From: Callorhinchus milii
Lineage: Eukaryota
Direction of reading: 5' to 3'
Length of the DNA stretch: 64,000 nt
Assembly (NCBI RefSeq): GCF_018977255.1
Contig: NW_024704742.1
Location: 112,408,001 to 112,472,000, forward strand
The stretch's first letter is position 1. Each line of letters begins with the position of its first letter. The position numbers and the translations under genes are program-made. The notes under the pieces are model-generated. The model searched no databases. It worked only from the letters and a program-made list of their open reading frames with translations, and was not told where the DNA came from. Of the stretch, positions 39,665 through 51,410 are shown piece after piece.

Positions 39665-40260
39665 GGTTTGGCCAATGGAAAAGTGTGGAAATATTTGCCA
39701 AACATTGCAGGGAAAATTGAAAATTTTGCAGAAAATTGCAGGGAGTTGATTAGTGCTATGGAGGTACATTTTACTGCCAACTTATATTTTTTCACTTTAT
39801 TGATCAAAACATTAGGAAATAATACATATTAGATTGTTGCAAAAAATATTAATTGCTTCTTTAATAAAAACTGTGTGGCCCATTTTTGGGGGGACGGAAT
39901 ACCAGCAAGGCTACAGGAACACTAACACCCAGAGAGAGAGACACACACACACACACTCTCAGAGGGGGAGAGAGACACATACACTCAGACACAAAGAGAC
40001 ATACACACAAACATACAGGAAAGATGCACACAGACACTCACATAGAGACACTCAAACAGAGGGAGAGACTCACAAATACACAGAGACACACACACTCACA
40101 TAGAGACATTCACAAACACAGAGAGACACACAGACAATCACAACACTGGGGCCTCAGAGCGAAGCCCTTTTCCCGCTTGCGTCGCACCACACATGCATGT
40201 CCGGAGTCACCCCACCCACAGTTGCATTGAGGAAACAGCCCGAAGCCCGCGGTCCAGAAA
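39665..40260. repeat. Unclassified repeat with internal CA/GA low-complexity tract
   Basis: About 200 bp shared with 16585-16800 (GAGGTACATTTTACTGCCAAC...TTCACTTTATTGA), followed by a CA/GA tract and CAACACTGGGGCCTCAGAG. Confidence 0.75.
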
Positions 40261-41911
40261 CTACATTTTTAGTGGGTTTGCAGTGGAGGAGGTTAACTTG
40301 CCTCAGGTTTCGCCTTGCCCGGAAATCAAACCCAAGTCCTCTCTCTTGCGAGGTCTCTAACCAATACGTTACAGGACTGTAGCAGAGAATTCCACCTTCC
40401 CACCACTCTATAAAAAAGTTCCTCCTAACCTCCATTCTCACATTTTATAACATTGCTTGCATTTTGATATTTCATTGTAAATTAGTTGGGTGGAGCTGGC
40501 GAGGAGAAAGATGAAAACGAAAAAGGGGTATACACAACCATAGAAAAAAAATTGCTAACCCAAATTTGCAATGGTAACTAAATAACTAACTGTTACAAAA
40601 TCCAAAAAAAAAATTATGCCTCTTGAAAAGATTATAAATGTTTTTTTAAATTGAGGGGAACAAAAATAACTTTGTATAAATTCCTTTTTAAAAATAAATC
40701 ACCTTCTGGGACCAAGGTCTCAGTCCAGTTCAGATTGATCAGATTAATGTCTAAAGCCTATTATCAGTTTGCCCTAAGGATCCAGTGCAATGAGTTTGTG
40801 CAGTCTTATTTGTTTGGACAAACCTGCTTTTAATTTGTCAATCTCACTCAGACAGGCCACAGAATAGCTGGTATTGGAAATAAATATAGCCAACGAAAGG
40901 AACCGTGCATTGCTGAAATTAGGGCATGTTTGGGAACAATGAAGGAATATTACTCTAGAATACTGGTAGTCAACCTCTTTGGTCAGCCAGCAAAATATAT
41001 TTTCTTGAGATATTTCTTAGTTGATGCCATATATCAAGAAAATTCAATCAAGAAAAAATGGAAATACATTGATTGATAGAACACACTTACTAGTGTAAAT
41101 GTTTGGGGGGTAGGGGGTACTTCTTGACAGTCATGGGTTGGCGACCACTGTCCCAGAACTGCTAAACATGACCAAGGATAACCTGGTACAGACACTGGTG
41201 GCACCAAAAATGGAAAAGTGGTCCACATTCTAAGCTTTCATTCTGATGAACATAAACCCCACCGGAGTTTGATGGGCAAGAGAAACCATTACCAGTAATA
41301 AGTCAGTCTGATTCAGTTGGTACCACACTCATCTGAGACAAAAGGATTTGATTCTAATCCAGTGTCACAGACTTGGAGCATGTCAGGGGTGACTGAGATC
41401 TCACTTTGACCTTAAAAAACACACTATTCCAAAAAGAAAACAAAATTACTCTCAGTGTCTTGGCCAACAATCCTCCAGTTAAATTGTTTATTCATCTCCT
41501 GGTTGTTTTGCAGGACATTGCTGCGCACAAATTGGCTGCTGTATTTTAGCTACAAAGTCAATACATTTTGCAGAAAATCTGAAGTGCTCTGAATAATTCA
41601 GGGTGGTAAGGCTCTATATCAAAAAATTTTTAAATTATAAGATGGTATTCAGGAAAATCACCACCAGAAATAGAACACTCAGATGACTTTTTCTTTACAC
41701 TATAAACAGTATTTAGTAATGTTTGATATAAAAAGTTAATGTTTCTTTCCATTAATGCTATAGCTTTCTCTCACTAGCAAAAACTAAATGCAATGTGCCC
41801 ATCAAATATTCATAGTAGCTGAACATTTAACTTTCTGTTCTACTTATTATAATAATCCTTGGATTTGATAAAACGGATCATCAAGTTGAAATGTTTCAAA
41901 GCAGTTTTCTG

Positions 41912-42238
41912 TAATAATAATAATAATAATAATCCTTGCATTTGATATAGCGCTTTTCACGTCGGGAGGACGTCCCAAAGCGCTTCACAGATCACACTGT
42001 AAAGTGAATTGACTGTATATTTGTGGGCGAACGCGGCAGCCAATTGCGCACAGCAATGTCCCACAAACAGTCGTAGATTGAAAATGACCAATTTATTATT
42101 GTTTTTGGTTTTGGAGGGATTATTATTAGGCTCTGTGTGGAGTAAGGAAACTTGCCCAAGGTTTCGCCCTGCCTGGAATTGAACTCAGGTCTCTCGCTTG
42201 CAAAGCGAGTGCTCTAACCACTGAGCTACAGGACTCCA
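41912..42238 (-). mobile_element. Young tRNA-derived SINE (Deu-like core, L2-type tail)
   Basis: Head GGAGTCCTGTAGCTCAGTGGTTAGAGC (A box) and GAGTTCAATTCC (B box); core CTGTTTGTGGGACATTGCTGTGCGCAATTGGCTGCC; stem-loop and (TTA)n tail. Confidence 0.92.
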
Positions 42239-43819
42239 CAAGGCGTGTAAGGTGTGACAATTCAAATTCTAAACAACCATGCTCACCGAGGCACCATAGA
42301 TATCCACTGGTCAATACTCCTATTTCAACGATCAAAGCATATTTGCTTTGGGTCAAATCTGAACACTATGAATATCTTGGGTCACTACCAATGTTTGCAC
42401 AGCAATGGAGAATCATTACTAAGTCACTCTCCTGGGAGATAGAAACTGGATCTTTCTTTGTAGATAACTACTGCATTATTTACTCAATTCTTCAAATATA
42501 TATGTGAAGCGTTCTGATTGCTATGAAAAGAACAGCTTTCTTTTTTCATTAGATGTACAATTGCTGCACCTTAGGTAGCATACCCCAATAATTGTTGTAA
42601 CTTATGAAAAACAATTTCATTCATTTAAATTGCAATACGAATAAAACCACTCGTAAATATGTATTGTGAATTCAGAGTGCATCTTACTTCCAACATAAAC
42701 ATTTTCTACCTTACACTAAACTAATCAAAACAACTGCTATTTATTCAATGACTTATGTACAACAGCAGAGATGTATAACATTTTCTATGAAACTATAAAC
42801 TATGAAAGGAATTACGCTACCCCTGGATAAAATAGGAACATCTTAATAAACTGAAATGCTGCACATTTGCAAATCCATTTTCAGAAACAGTCAACACTGT
42901 ATTTATAACAATGCAGTATTATGAAAGATCATTTTTCAGTACAATCATCAGTAAGAATATATCTAGCACACTGGAAGGCAATTATAGCAGTTATCGAGCA
43001 CGTTAATTAAAAATGTTCATCAATCTTTTTGTTAGTATACATCGTTCATATCACTGATCCAATGCCAATTATACTACTTTTTAAGCTACAGGAATTGAAA
43101 TTGTAAATATGTACTAAAACCTTCTGAAGTAAAACAGCATAAAATATTCCACCATCTCAACATAGTAGGAAAAATATTTAATCACAACTAGACATACTTT
43201 TGACTGAATCTGCAGTAAGACACGCAACAGAAATGCTTCTAACCATAAAAGGAATTCCACTGTACATTGATATGTGGACATAAAATCATTAAATTGTTCT
43301 TACCAAAATAAAATATTATGTTCAGCACATACCTCATCTAGTTCAATAACTAAGCATTCAAATTGGTGGTGCCCGAGACGGTTAACTAGAAGCACGTAGC
43401 ATTTCACATGATGGTAAAGAACTAGCTTTGTTAAATCTTCTTGGAAGCAGACTGTCAGAATTCATAAACGTCAATGTATACGTATTCAAATCAAATTTCA
43501 CCAGTCTTTACAGACTTTTAAAATAATCCCAAATACCAGACCAAAACAGATCTCATTCAGATCCAAAGTAAATTTCGACAATAACTTTACTCTCCACAAC
43601 ACTCATCCTTCCAAGGTTCATCTAAATGGATTAATTTCAACTCAGTTCACTACACATGAAAATCTGGCTAAATTTTTTGCAACCTTCTCCCCATCTTTAA
43701 ATGTTCCATCATGAATATTACAACCTTTTTAAAAGATTTTTTGGCTAGAATTTATCAGCTTCTGTAATTAAATAAAATGAGGTTTGAATCATTTAAAAAT
43801 ATTGCCGCGGGGGGGGGGA

Positions 43820-44400
43820 GAGGCATCTGTTGGCCATCCAGTCTGACATGCTGAAAACCAGGCTTAAGAGTATACACACCAGTCAGAGGTGCACATTTGC
43901 TCATCACTGATAGATAGAAATTTGTCTAGAATGGAAAGTGCACCCTCTCCCTGGAGGACCTCACCCTGCTTACATAATTTCAGAAAGTATTTGGCACAGT
44001 TTAGCAGCATCCAAGGCTTGCAAATCCAAGAGTCTAAAATGGGCGTACTGCTGCAGATTAACCAGCTAATACCAGAGCACTGTCTGGCAAATTAGCCCAT
44101 CTAGGATCACCCTAAGCTTCAGCACTTTGGCTTGGGGGGCTTAAATGAAGCCAAAGGGGAAGATTCCTGCCCCCAGCAACTTGCCCCTCCAAGTCCTGCC
44201 AACTAGACAGGCTGGCTGGTCTGTCATTAATTGTGCCTTGGAGTACTGCAGACCCACTTGGCTCAGGAATCAGACAACTGAATCCACTAAAAAGAAACAA
44301 CTCTAGTCCAATTGGCAGGCACCTCATCTTGAAGCCAACTCAGCCACAAGGAGATCCCACTTATCTCCTCCCCTTCCCACCATGGAGGACAGTCAGTAGT
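43820..44400 (-). mobile_element. Diverged copy of the unclassified retroposon
   Basis: Shares GCCTTGGAGTACTGCAGACCCACTTGGCTCAGGAATC and TCCCTGGAGG motifs with 3049-3643 in reverse. Confidence 0.7.
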
Positions 44401-47009
44401 CAGTCATTGGCTATTAAACAAGTTTCATCCCTCACCTAGTGGATAGTAGGTACGAGGAACTCCTTGTGAGCCTCTCGGTGAAAAGCACAACTCACCTTGA
44501 AATATGTGAGACCACTGCCATTATTCTTCTGTCCTCAGCTCAGACAAATATCCCTATCCATTGAATGATGATTCCACCAGGTGGAAGTCTCTGCAAACCA
44601 ATCCAAATAGACCCAAAGCCCCACAGGCTTGTGTTCACAAACTCAGACACCAGGTTACAGACTTTGATCAGCTGTCATCCAAAGCCTCAGTTTCCTCATC
44701 AGTTATTCAAGGGACATCTGCTTTCATTGTTCCTTACCATCCACCTTGAAAAGCTACAGAGGAGTGGAGTGTCACCATATATTCAAGACAATGCTAACTT
44801 ATATGTGGTGAAGGGCATTATGAACACACAAATTATAGGTAAAAATAACTAATCATGAAATATATAGCAATCAGTTTCTTAGACCTTTTTTTCTTAGGTT
44901 TTAATAGGAATATTTGATTATTTGATATAAAAATTTACAATTTTGATGGAACTATTCCATGTAATTCAGATTTAAGATTATTTTAGAGATCTAAAATTGA
45001 TACTGCAGTGTCACAATTACAAAACAGACTAAATGAAAAGGAGGAGTTTAAATTGCTAGTAATGTAACGTGTTTGAAGGAGTTCATTTAAGTGACAGGAT
45101 TTTTTTTTAAAAAAATCAGTTCAAAACAAATACAAAGCTCCAGGATAGCAACCTTTAAGCAGCTTTACATAAATTTCCTCAATTTATAAAAAAATATTCA
45201 AACTGAATCAGGAGTTAAAACATTAACAAACTGTATCAGGCTTGTATGCAATGCGATAACGGCAGCCAAATTGTTTTTTCAGGGGAAGGGGAAGCAGTAG
45301 TTTGGGAGAATCTAGCTAAAGAAATGACAGACAGTAATGTTTCTTTTAAAAGTATCTTTGTTATGCTCTACAGAAGGCAGACTGTCAGAACTAATCACTA
45401 TCATCAGATGATAGGAGAGCTTTTTTCATTAAATATTCCGAAACACCACCATCAGAATTTACAAATCCATTAATGGCTAGCACTTAAACTGAGGAATCTC
45501 CAAGAAAGATCAAATGTTTCAAAATTACTCATATTTCCTCAAAAATCATAAACAAGATAATAATTTAGCTAAGATTTTACCTTTTTTAATACAAAGTACA
45601 CCAGGCAGATCCCTTCCTAGCATAAATTTAGTACATATACCTTTCTAAAATTTAAAACTAGGTAGCTTGAAAAAAACTTGCTGCTTCTGTACTCATAATA
45701 TAATAATCCTTCCATTTGATATACATCTTATCGCGTCTTCGAAACTGCCAAAGCACTTCACAGAATATACTGTAAAGTGAATTGACTGTATACTTTTGGG
45801 GCGAAATGCGGCAGCCAATTGCGTACAGTAATATCTCACAAACAGTCGTAGATTGGGTGACCAAATTATTATACCACATCACCAATGGCACTTTTTGTAA
45901 AAAAAAGTCAGTTTACCTATTTGTCTCTATAACAAGTTATTTGGAAGGTGAAATTCCTTTCGCCCTCTCCACAAATAGCCTCTCACCCGTCCCCCCCATT
46001 ATCACTGAAGCTTTGAATGTATGGAAATATAAGGAGCAACATAGCGGCAATAAATAGTTCTCATTTCTCTGAAATCAGCTCAGCTAACAAATGTATTTTC
46101 CTTTAATCTATTCCAATCAGATAAAATATATTAAGCAATTGAGAATTAGATTCAGATCCACTGCAGCAGACTGCGACTATTTTGTTGTTAAATCAAGAAC
46201 CAAATTGCGCACAGTATGACCCTCCAAAAAGTCATGAGGTGAGTAACTACTTAATTGGCTCCTGGTCTTTCAGGAGACCGATTTCAAAGTCCTCTCCCTC
46301 ATCTGCTAATCCCTAGAACCTCCCCATCTCCACTATAAGACACTATCCTGCATGAAGGGTCGTACATAAATACAAATTGTTGCATTTCTCTGACCTCTCC
46401 TACCCCACTCCTTCCTTCCCTCGACTCTTCCGTCTCACCCCTCCGTCTTCAAGTTCTGCCTTAAAACCTACCTCTGACTAATGGTCAACTCCCCTTGCCC
46501 CTCCTCTCACCTGTTCAGCATCTGTCCCCACCACTGTACTCCAAGACATTATTCTAAATGCAAGATATTGTTAATTTGTAGGATTTTTACAGCAGCTACC
46601 TTTACGTGGGCAAGTACATTCCAAAATAAAATGTACATTTGTATCTTTCTTGAATATAATATGTTATGGTTATTTCCTACCAAAACCAAATTATAGTGAT
46701 TGTATTCACAGCTGTAAGAAAGAAATTGGTAAACTATGGACATTAGATTATAGGAAATAGTGTTTTTGTTCGAACTCAAAAGTACTGCTGAAACATTTTC
46801 TAGCAGTCGGACATAGTTTACCAATTTTTTTTAATATATACATGACAAATGCATACTTGCCATAGACTAGGAATGTCATGTTGGACTACACTTTTTGGTT
46901 TGCTGTTGCTTCCTCTTCGACCGTGCCTTCTGCCACTCTCCCACTCATGCCCACCTGCCCACCACTCCTGACCTCAACTCCCAGCTCAGGTCCAAAAATC
47001 CCCGATTAT

Positions 47010-47319
47010 AATAATAATAATTTTTGCATTTGATATAGCGCTTTCCACGTCGGGAGGACGTCCCAAAGCGCTTCACAGAACACACTGTAAAGTGAATTGA
47101 CTGTATATTTGTGGGCGAACGCGGCAGCCAATTGCGCACAGCAATGTCCCACAAACAGTCTTAGATTGAAAATGACCAATTTATTATTGTTTTTGGAGGG
47201 ATTATTATTAGGCGTGTGGAGTAAGGAAACTTGCCCAAGCTTTCACCCTGCCTGGAATTGAACTCAGGTCTCTCGCTTGCAAAGCGAGTGCTCTAACCAC
47301 TGAGCTACAGGACTCCACA
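47010..47319 (-). mobile_element. Young SINE copy with GATTAT TSD
   Basis: Near-identical to 41912-42238; GATTAT at 47004-47009 and 47320-47325; inserted in an L2 tail remnant. Confidence 0.92.
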
Positions 47320-48391
47320 GATTATCCAGTGCGTGGGACAGCCTTCTTGTGTGAAGGGTACTATACAAGTGTAATTTGTGGTTGTTGTTAGGCTCAAAAT
47401 ATTGCTGATCTCATGGTTTGATTTTTTAATCTAAAATATCTAAAAAATTCTTTAACTAATAAAGTAATAAGTTAAGCAATTTAAGATTTAATCCATACAT
47501 ATAACTTGTTCCGTGTCAATTGTATTATATATTTAGAAGCCCAGAATGTCAACTGATCATTTGTTTGAACTTGGATGAGATCTTCCATAACTTAGACAAA
47601 TTGGCTCGATACCAACACTTACCCATCTTCTGACAATATGAAATGTACATATCTCATTGTAAGATTTGAAGTTAGTGTTGAGAAACTAGGTAAAATATTT
47701 GCCTATTTATATGCTTTACATATTCATATGCAATAATTATTAATGTCCATAATCCAATGGAATAATTGGATCAGGAGATGAAGCTTTCGACTAGCAAACC
47801 AATAATATAATAATTATAGGCCTTATCGCGTCTTCTAGACGTCTCAAAGCGCTTCACAAAATACACTGCAAACAACAACAAAATTAGATTTGTATAGCGC
47901 CTTTCACGTCAGGAGGACGTCCCAAGGTGCTGGACAGACAAGAGTTACAGACCCGAGCTGAGGGTCGGGGTGGGGGAGGGCGGAAGGCAGCGGGGAGAAG
48001 CAGGGAGATTGAAAGCACGGTCGAAGAGGACGGTCCTAAGGTGGATCTTGAAAGTGGCGAGGGAGGGGGCGGACAAAGACTGTGGGATTGAGTTCCAGAG
48101 GTGTGTAGAGCAAGAAAGCTTGCCTAAGAGTTTTGGCTGCTGGGAATCAAAGCCAGATCCTCTCCAAAGCAAATGCTCCAACCACTTGGAAGCAAAGGAC
48201 TCCGAATTTTTGTATAAAATTACTGGCTGTACTCATTGCAGCTACGCTTGCAACCAAAGAATCCAATATGGAACGTAGATTGACACACAGATAAACACAC
48301 ATTTCATCTTTATACTCATCTGGGAGGACTTCTGTGGAGGACTCCTTTTGGGAGGACTCGGCGCTTTAAAAATGTAATTTTGCTGTTGTTG

Positions 48392-48790
48392 CCGCGACTT
48401 ATTTTCGTCTGTGCTCTTAATTTTGTTCCCGCCACTTGGCTACGTGCGTGCGCTGTGATGCAAAATGCCACAGCAACATGGTCAGCCGGCCCGGCTACCA
48501 GGTGTAACTGAAGTGTGTGCATACATACATAGGTGCACTGACGCATGATGTCATAGCACCACTTTGAGTCAGCGGCCACCAGGTGTAACTGCAGTGAAAA
48601 ATGCAAAATTGAAAATAACTCACGAACGATAGGAGATACCCAAAATCAATTATGCCCATGTCACTCTGAGATGCAAGACCTTTCCAATGAGGTATAAATC
48701 ATATCTCTACGTCAATTGGTTATTGAGATCCTTCTTGAAGCGCAGACAGACATTGCCATCTTATTAGTATACAAGATAGAAGAAGATAGA
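48392..48790 (-). mobile_element. Probable non-autonomous Helitron-like element
   Basis: Minus strand begins TCTATCTTCTTCTATCTTGTATACTAATAAGATGGCAATGTCTGTCTG and ends CAGACGAA..AAGTCGCGGCAAC; CpG-richer than flanks; terminal CTAG not seen. Confidence 0.45.
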
Positions 48791-50814
48791 TAACCAAAAA
48801 AATTGCTATAGTGCCAACACTGGCTGAGGAGAGAAAAACTATTCTATTTTTGAAAAAAAGTGGACTTTGACATCAAACTTGCAATACACCTAAACATTTC
48901 ATTCCTTATTTAAGTTTTGATATTCCTCTCTCTCACCACCCCTCACACCAAAATCTGAATAATGCTAGTGTCCATATTCACCAAGCATTGCAATATTTGC
49001 TTTCTATGCCATGTCCTAAAAAGAATGAATGTTGCAGACAAAGCATTTGCTGGTTCAAAAATTCACTGGATAAATAACCACTATTCTACAATTATGAAAT
49101 GATAGTCAACTTCATAAGTAAAGCTAGTTTTTAATGAATGGATCTTAATTTTTTATGAAAATAGATTTCACTATTCCAAGTTTTCTATGTACTCGCAAAA
49201 CTGGTCAAGTAATTTTAAAAATTGCATTGCAGACTATGGTTTGACTGCTTTTAATTTTTCAAGATGAAGGAATTCAAAAGAGTTTGCAAAGTGGCAAAGA
49301 TGTTATTTTATCCCAAATACTCAAGAAACAGATCCAAATTTAGTCACATTTTTATTATAGAATGGCCTCACCAATAAGTACTGCTCAACTCTCAGCGGTA
49401 TAAAATTCCAGTTTACATTACATCAGGTGCAAACTGTCAAATATTGAGTCACCTGGAAGGCATGTTCATAACATAAACATCTGAGCACTTTGTGATCTCT
49501 GGAGAACATTTAGACAGGCCGGTAGTGAAAAAAAAGGAAAATAATGTTAGCATATGCAATTAGACTACTGCCCTCTCTGGTGATAATGAGAAAAATTCTT
49601 CTGGTGGGTCCCAGATTGGTGGTGACTAGAACAAAATGGCTTTAGTCTTGTTGACATTCAGAAAGAATCAATTAGAATAGTAAGAGTCCTGTACTCAAGT
49701 TTGGAGACAGAGAAGTTGAGCATCATCAACATACAAATGGAAGCTAATAATAATGTTTGCAGATTATGTTTCGAAGGAGGAACATTTGAATGGGAATTGG
49801 AACACCAAGGATATAGCACAGGAGTACACCAGAGGTTACTGTCAGTACAGGATGAGAAGTCAGTGAAGAAGAAATAGTAGCAGCATTAGGACAGATGAGA
49901 ACAGAAACAGGAAAGCACAGTGGTACAGAGGTAAACCATGAAGGAAAGGAGTGGTCAATGGGGTCAAAGGCTGTGGTCAGTGATGGAGAAGAGAAGTTGA
50001 GGATTTTCAAGAGAACATTGGAAATAATTTTAGATCAAAGGGCACATCTTCACAAGTGAATCGAGTTTGTAAAAACTTTGCAATCAAGAATAAATTACAT
50101 TGATACCGTGCCTTTTACCGTATTTGTTTCCCAAAGTACCATTACACTTCAGCATTGAAGTTAAATAGTATGAACTGCTGTAAAACTGTTTTTTTAAAAA
50201 AAGTCTACTCTAAACAGCTAAGAATCCATTTGATCGCCTGTTAATTGCTACTTTGCTTATCCTCTATCCCAAATGCCGATTGATTAGATAATGAAAATAA
50301 ATTGCATTTATTGCTACTGTTAAAATGTAGTATAAATTTATAATAAATTTATAATATTTATAATAATCCTTGCATTTGATATAGCACTTTATCACCTCTT
50401 CAAGACTCTCAAAGCGCTTCACAAAATATACTGTAAAGTGAATTGACTGTATATTTTATGGATGAAACGCGGCAGCTAATTGCACACAGCAGTACCAGTC
50501 CCACAAACAGTCATGGGTTGAAGTGACCGAGTTATTATTATTATTTTTTGAAAGAATTATTACTCCAGGAAAAGCGAGCCACCAATCGACTAACAACCGG
50601 GTTCCTACTTACTGCTAGATAAACAGAGGCATATGGAGTAAGGAAACTTGCCGAACCCAGGTCTCTCGCCTGCAACATCAGTGTTCTAACCACCGAGCTG
50701 CATTTGAATTTGGGACATCCTCCCGATGTGCAAGATGCTATACAAATGTTAATCTTGTTGTTGCTGAATTTAAAGATACAGAGAGCAAGATAGTTTCAAT
50801 GATTTGCTTTCAAG

Positions 50815-51410
50815 ATAGAATCACAGAATTATACAGCACAGAAGGCAGCCATTCGGCCCACTGTGTTCCCAGTTCCATTCCCCCGCTCTCTCCCCATAGA
50901 CCTGCACATTTGTCCTCCCCAAACATCCATCCATCCATCTTCTCTCTTGAAAGTTGTTATCGAATTGGCTTCCACCACCCTTTCAGGAAATGCATTCCAG
51001 ATCTGAACAACTCGTTGAGTGAAAACATTTCACCTCACCTTTGGTTCTTTTGGCAACTATTTTAAATTTGTGTCCTCTATTTACCAACCCACCCACCAGT
51101 GGAAACAGTTTCTCCTTGTTCACTCTATCGAATCACCTCAATTTTGAACACCTCTATTAAATCGCCCCTTAACTTTCTCTGCTCCAAGGAGAATAATCCT
51201 AGTTTCTCTAGCCTCTCCTCAAAACTGAAGTCCCTCATTCCTGGTACCAACCTGGCAAATCTCCTTTGTACCCTCTCAAAGGTTTTAATATCCTTCCTAA
51301 AGTGTGATGCCCAGAACTGAACACAGTATTCTAGCTGAGGCCTTACCAGTGTTTTATAAAGATTCATCGTAACCTCCTTACTTTTATATTCTATGCCCCT
51401 AAAACGGGGA
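50815..51410 (-). mobile_element. CR1 LINE 3' end
   Basis: [44 protein letters not shown]. Confidence 0.92.

Noticed and set aside
42165..42238. tRNA-like sequence with a TGC anticodon loop (also near 19210, 47245, 61815)
   Set aside because: SINE head: no proper acceptor stem, always fused to core and tail, and the loop varies between copies.
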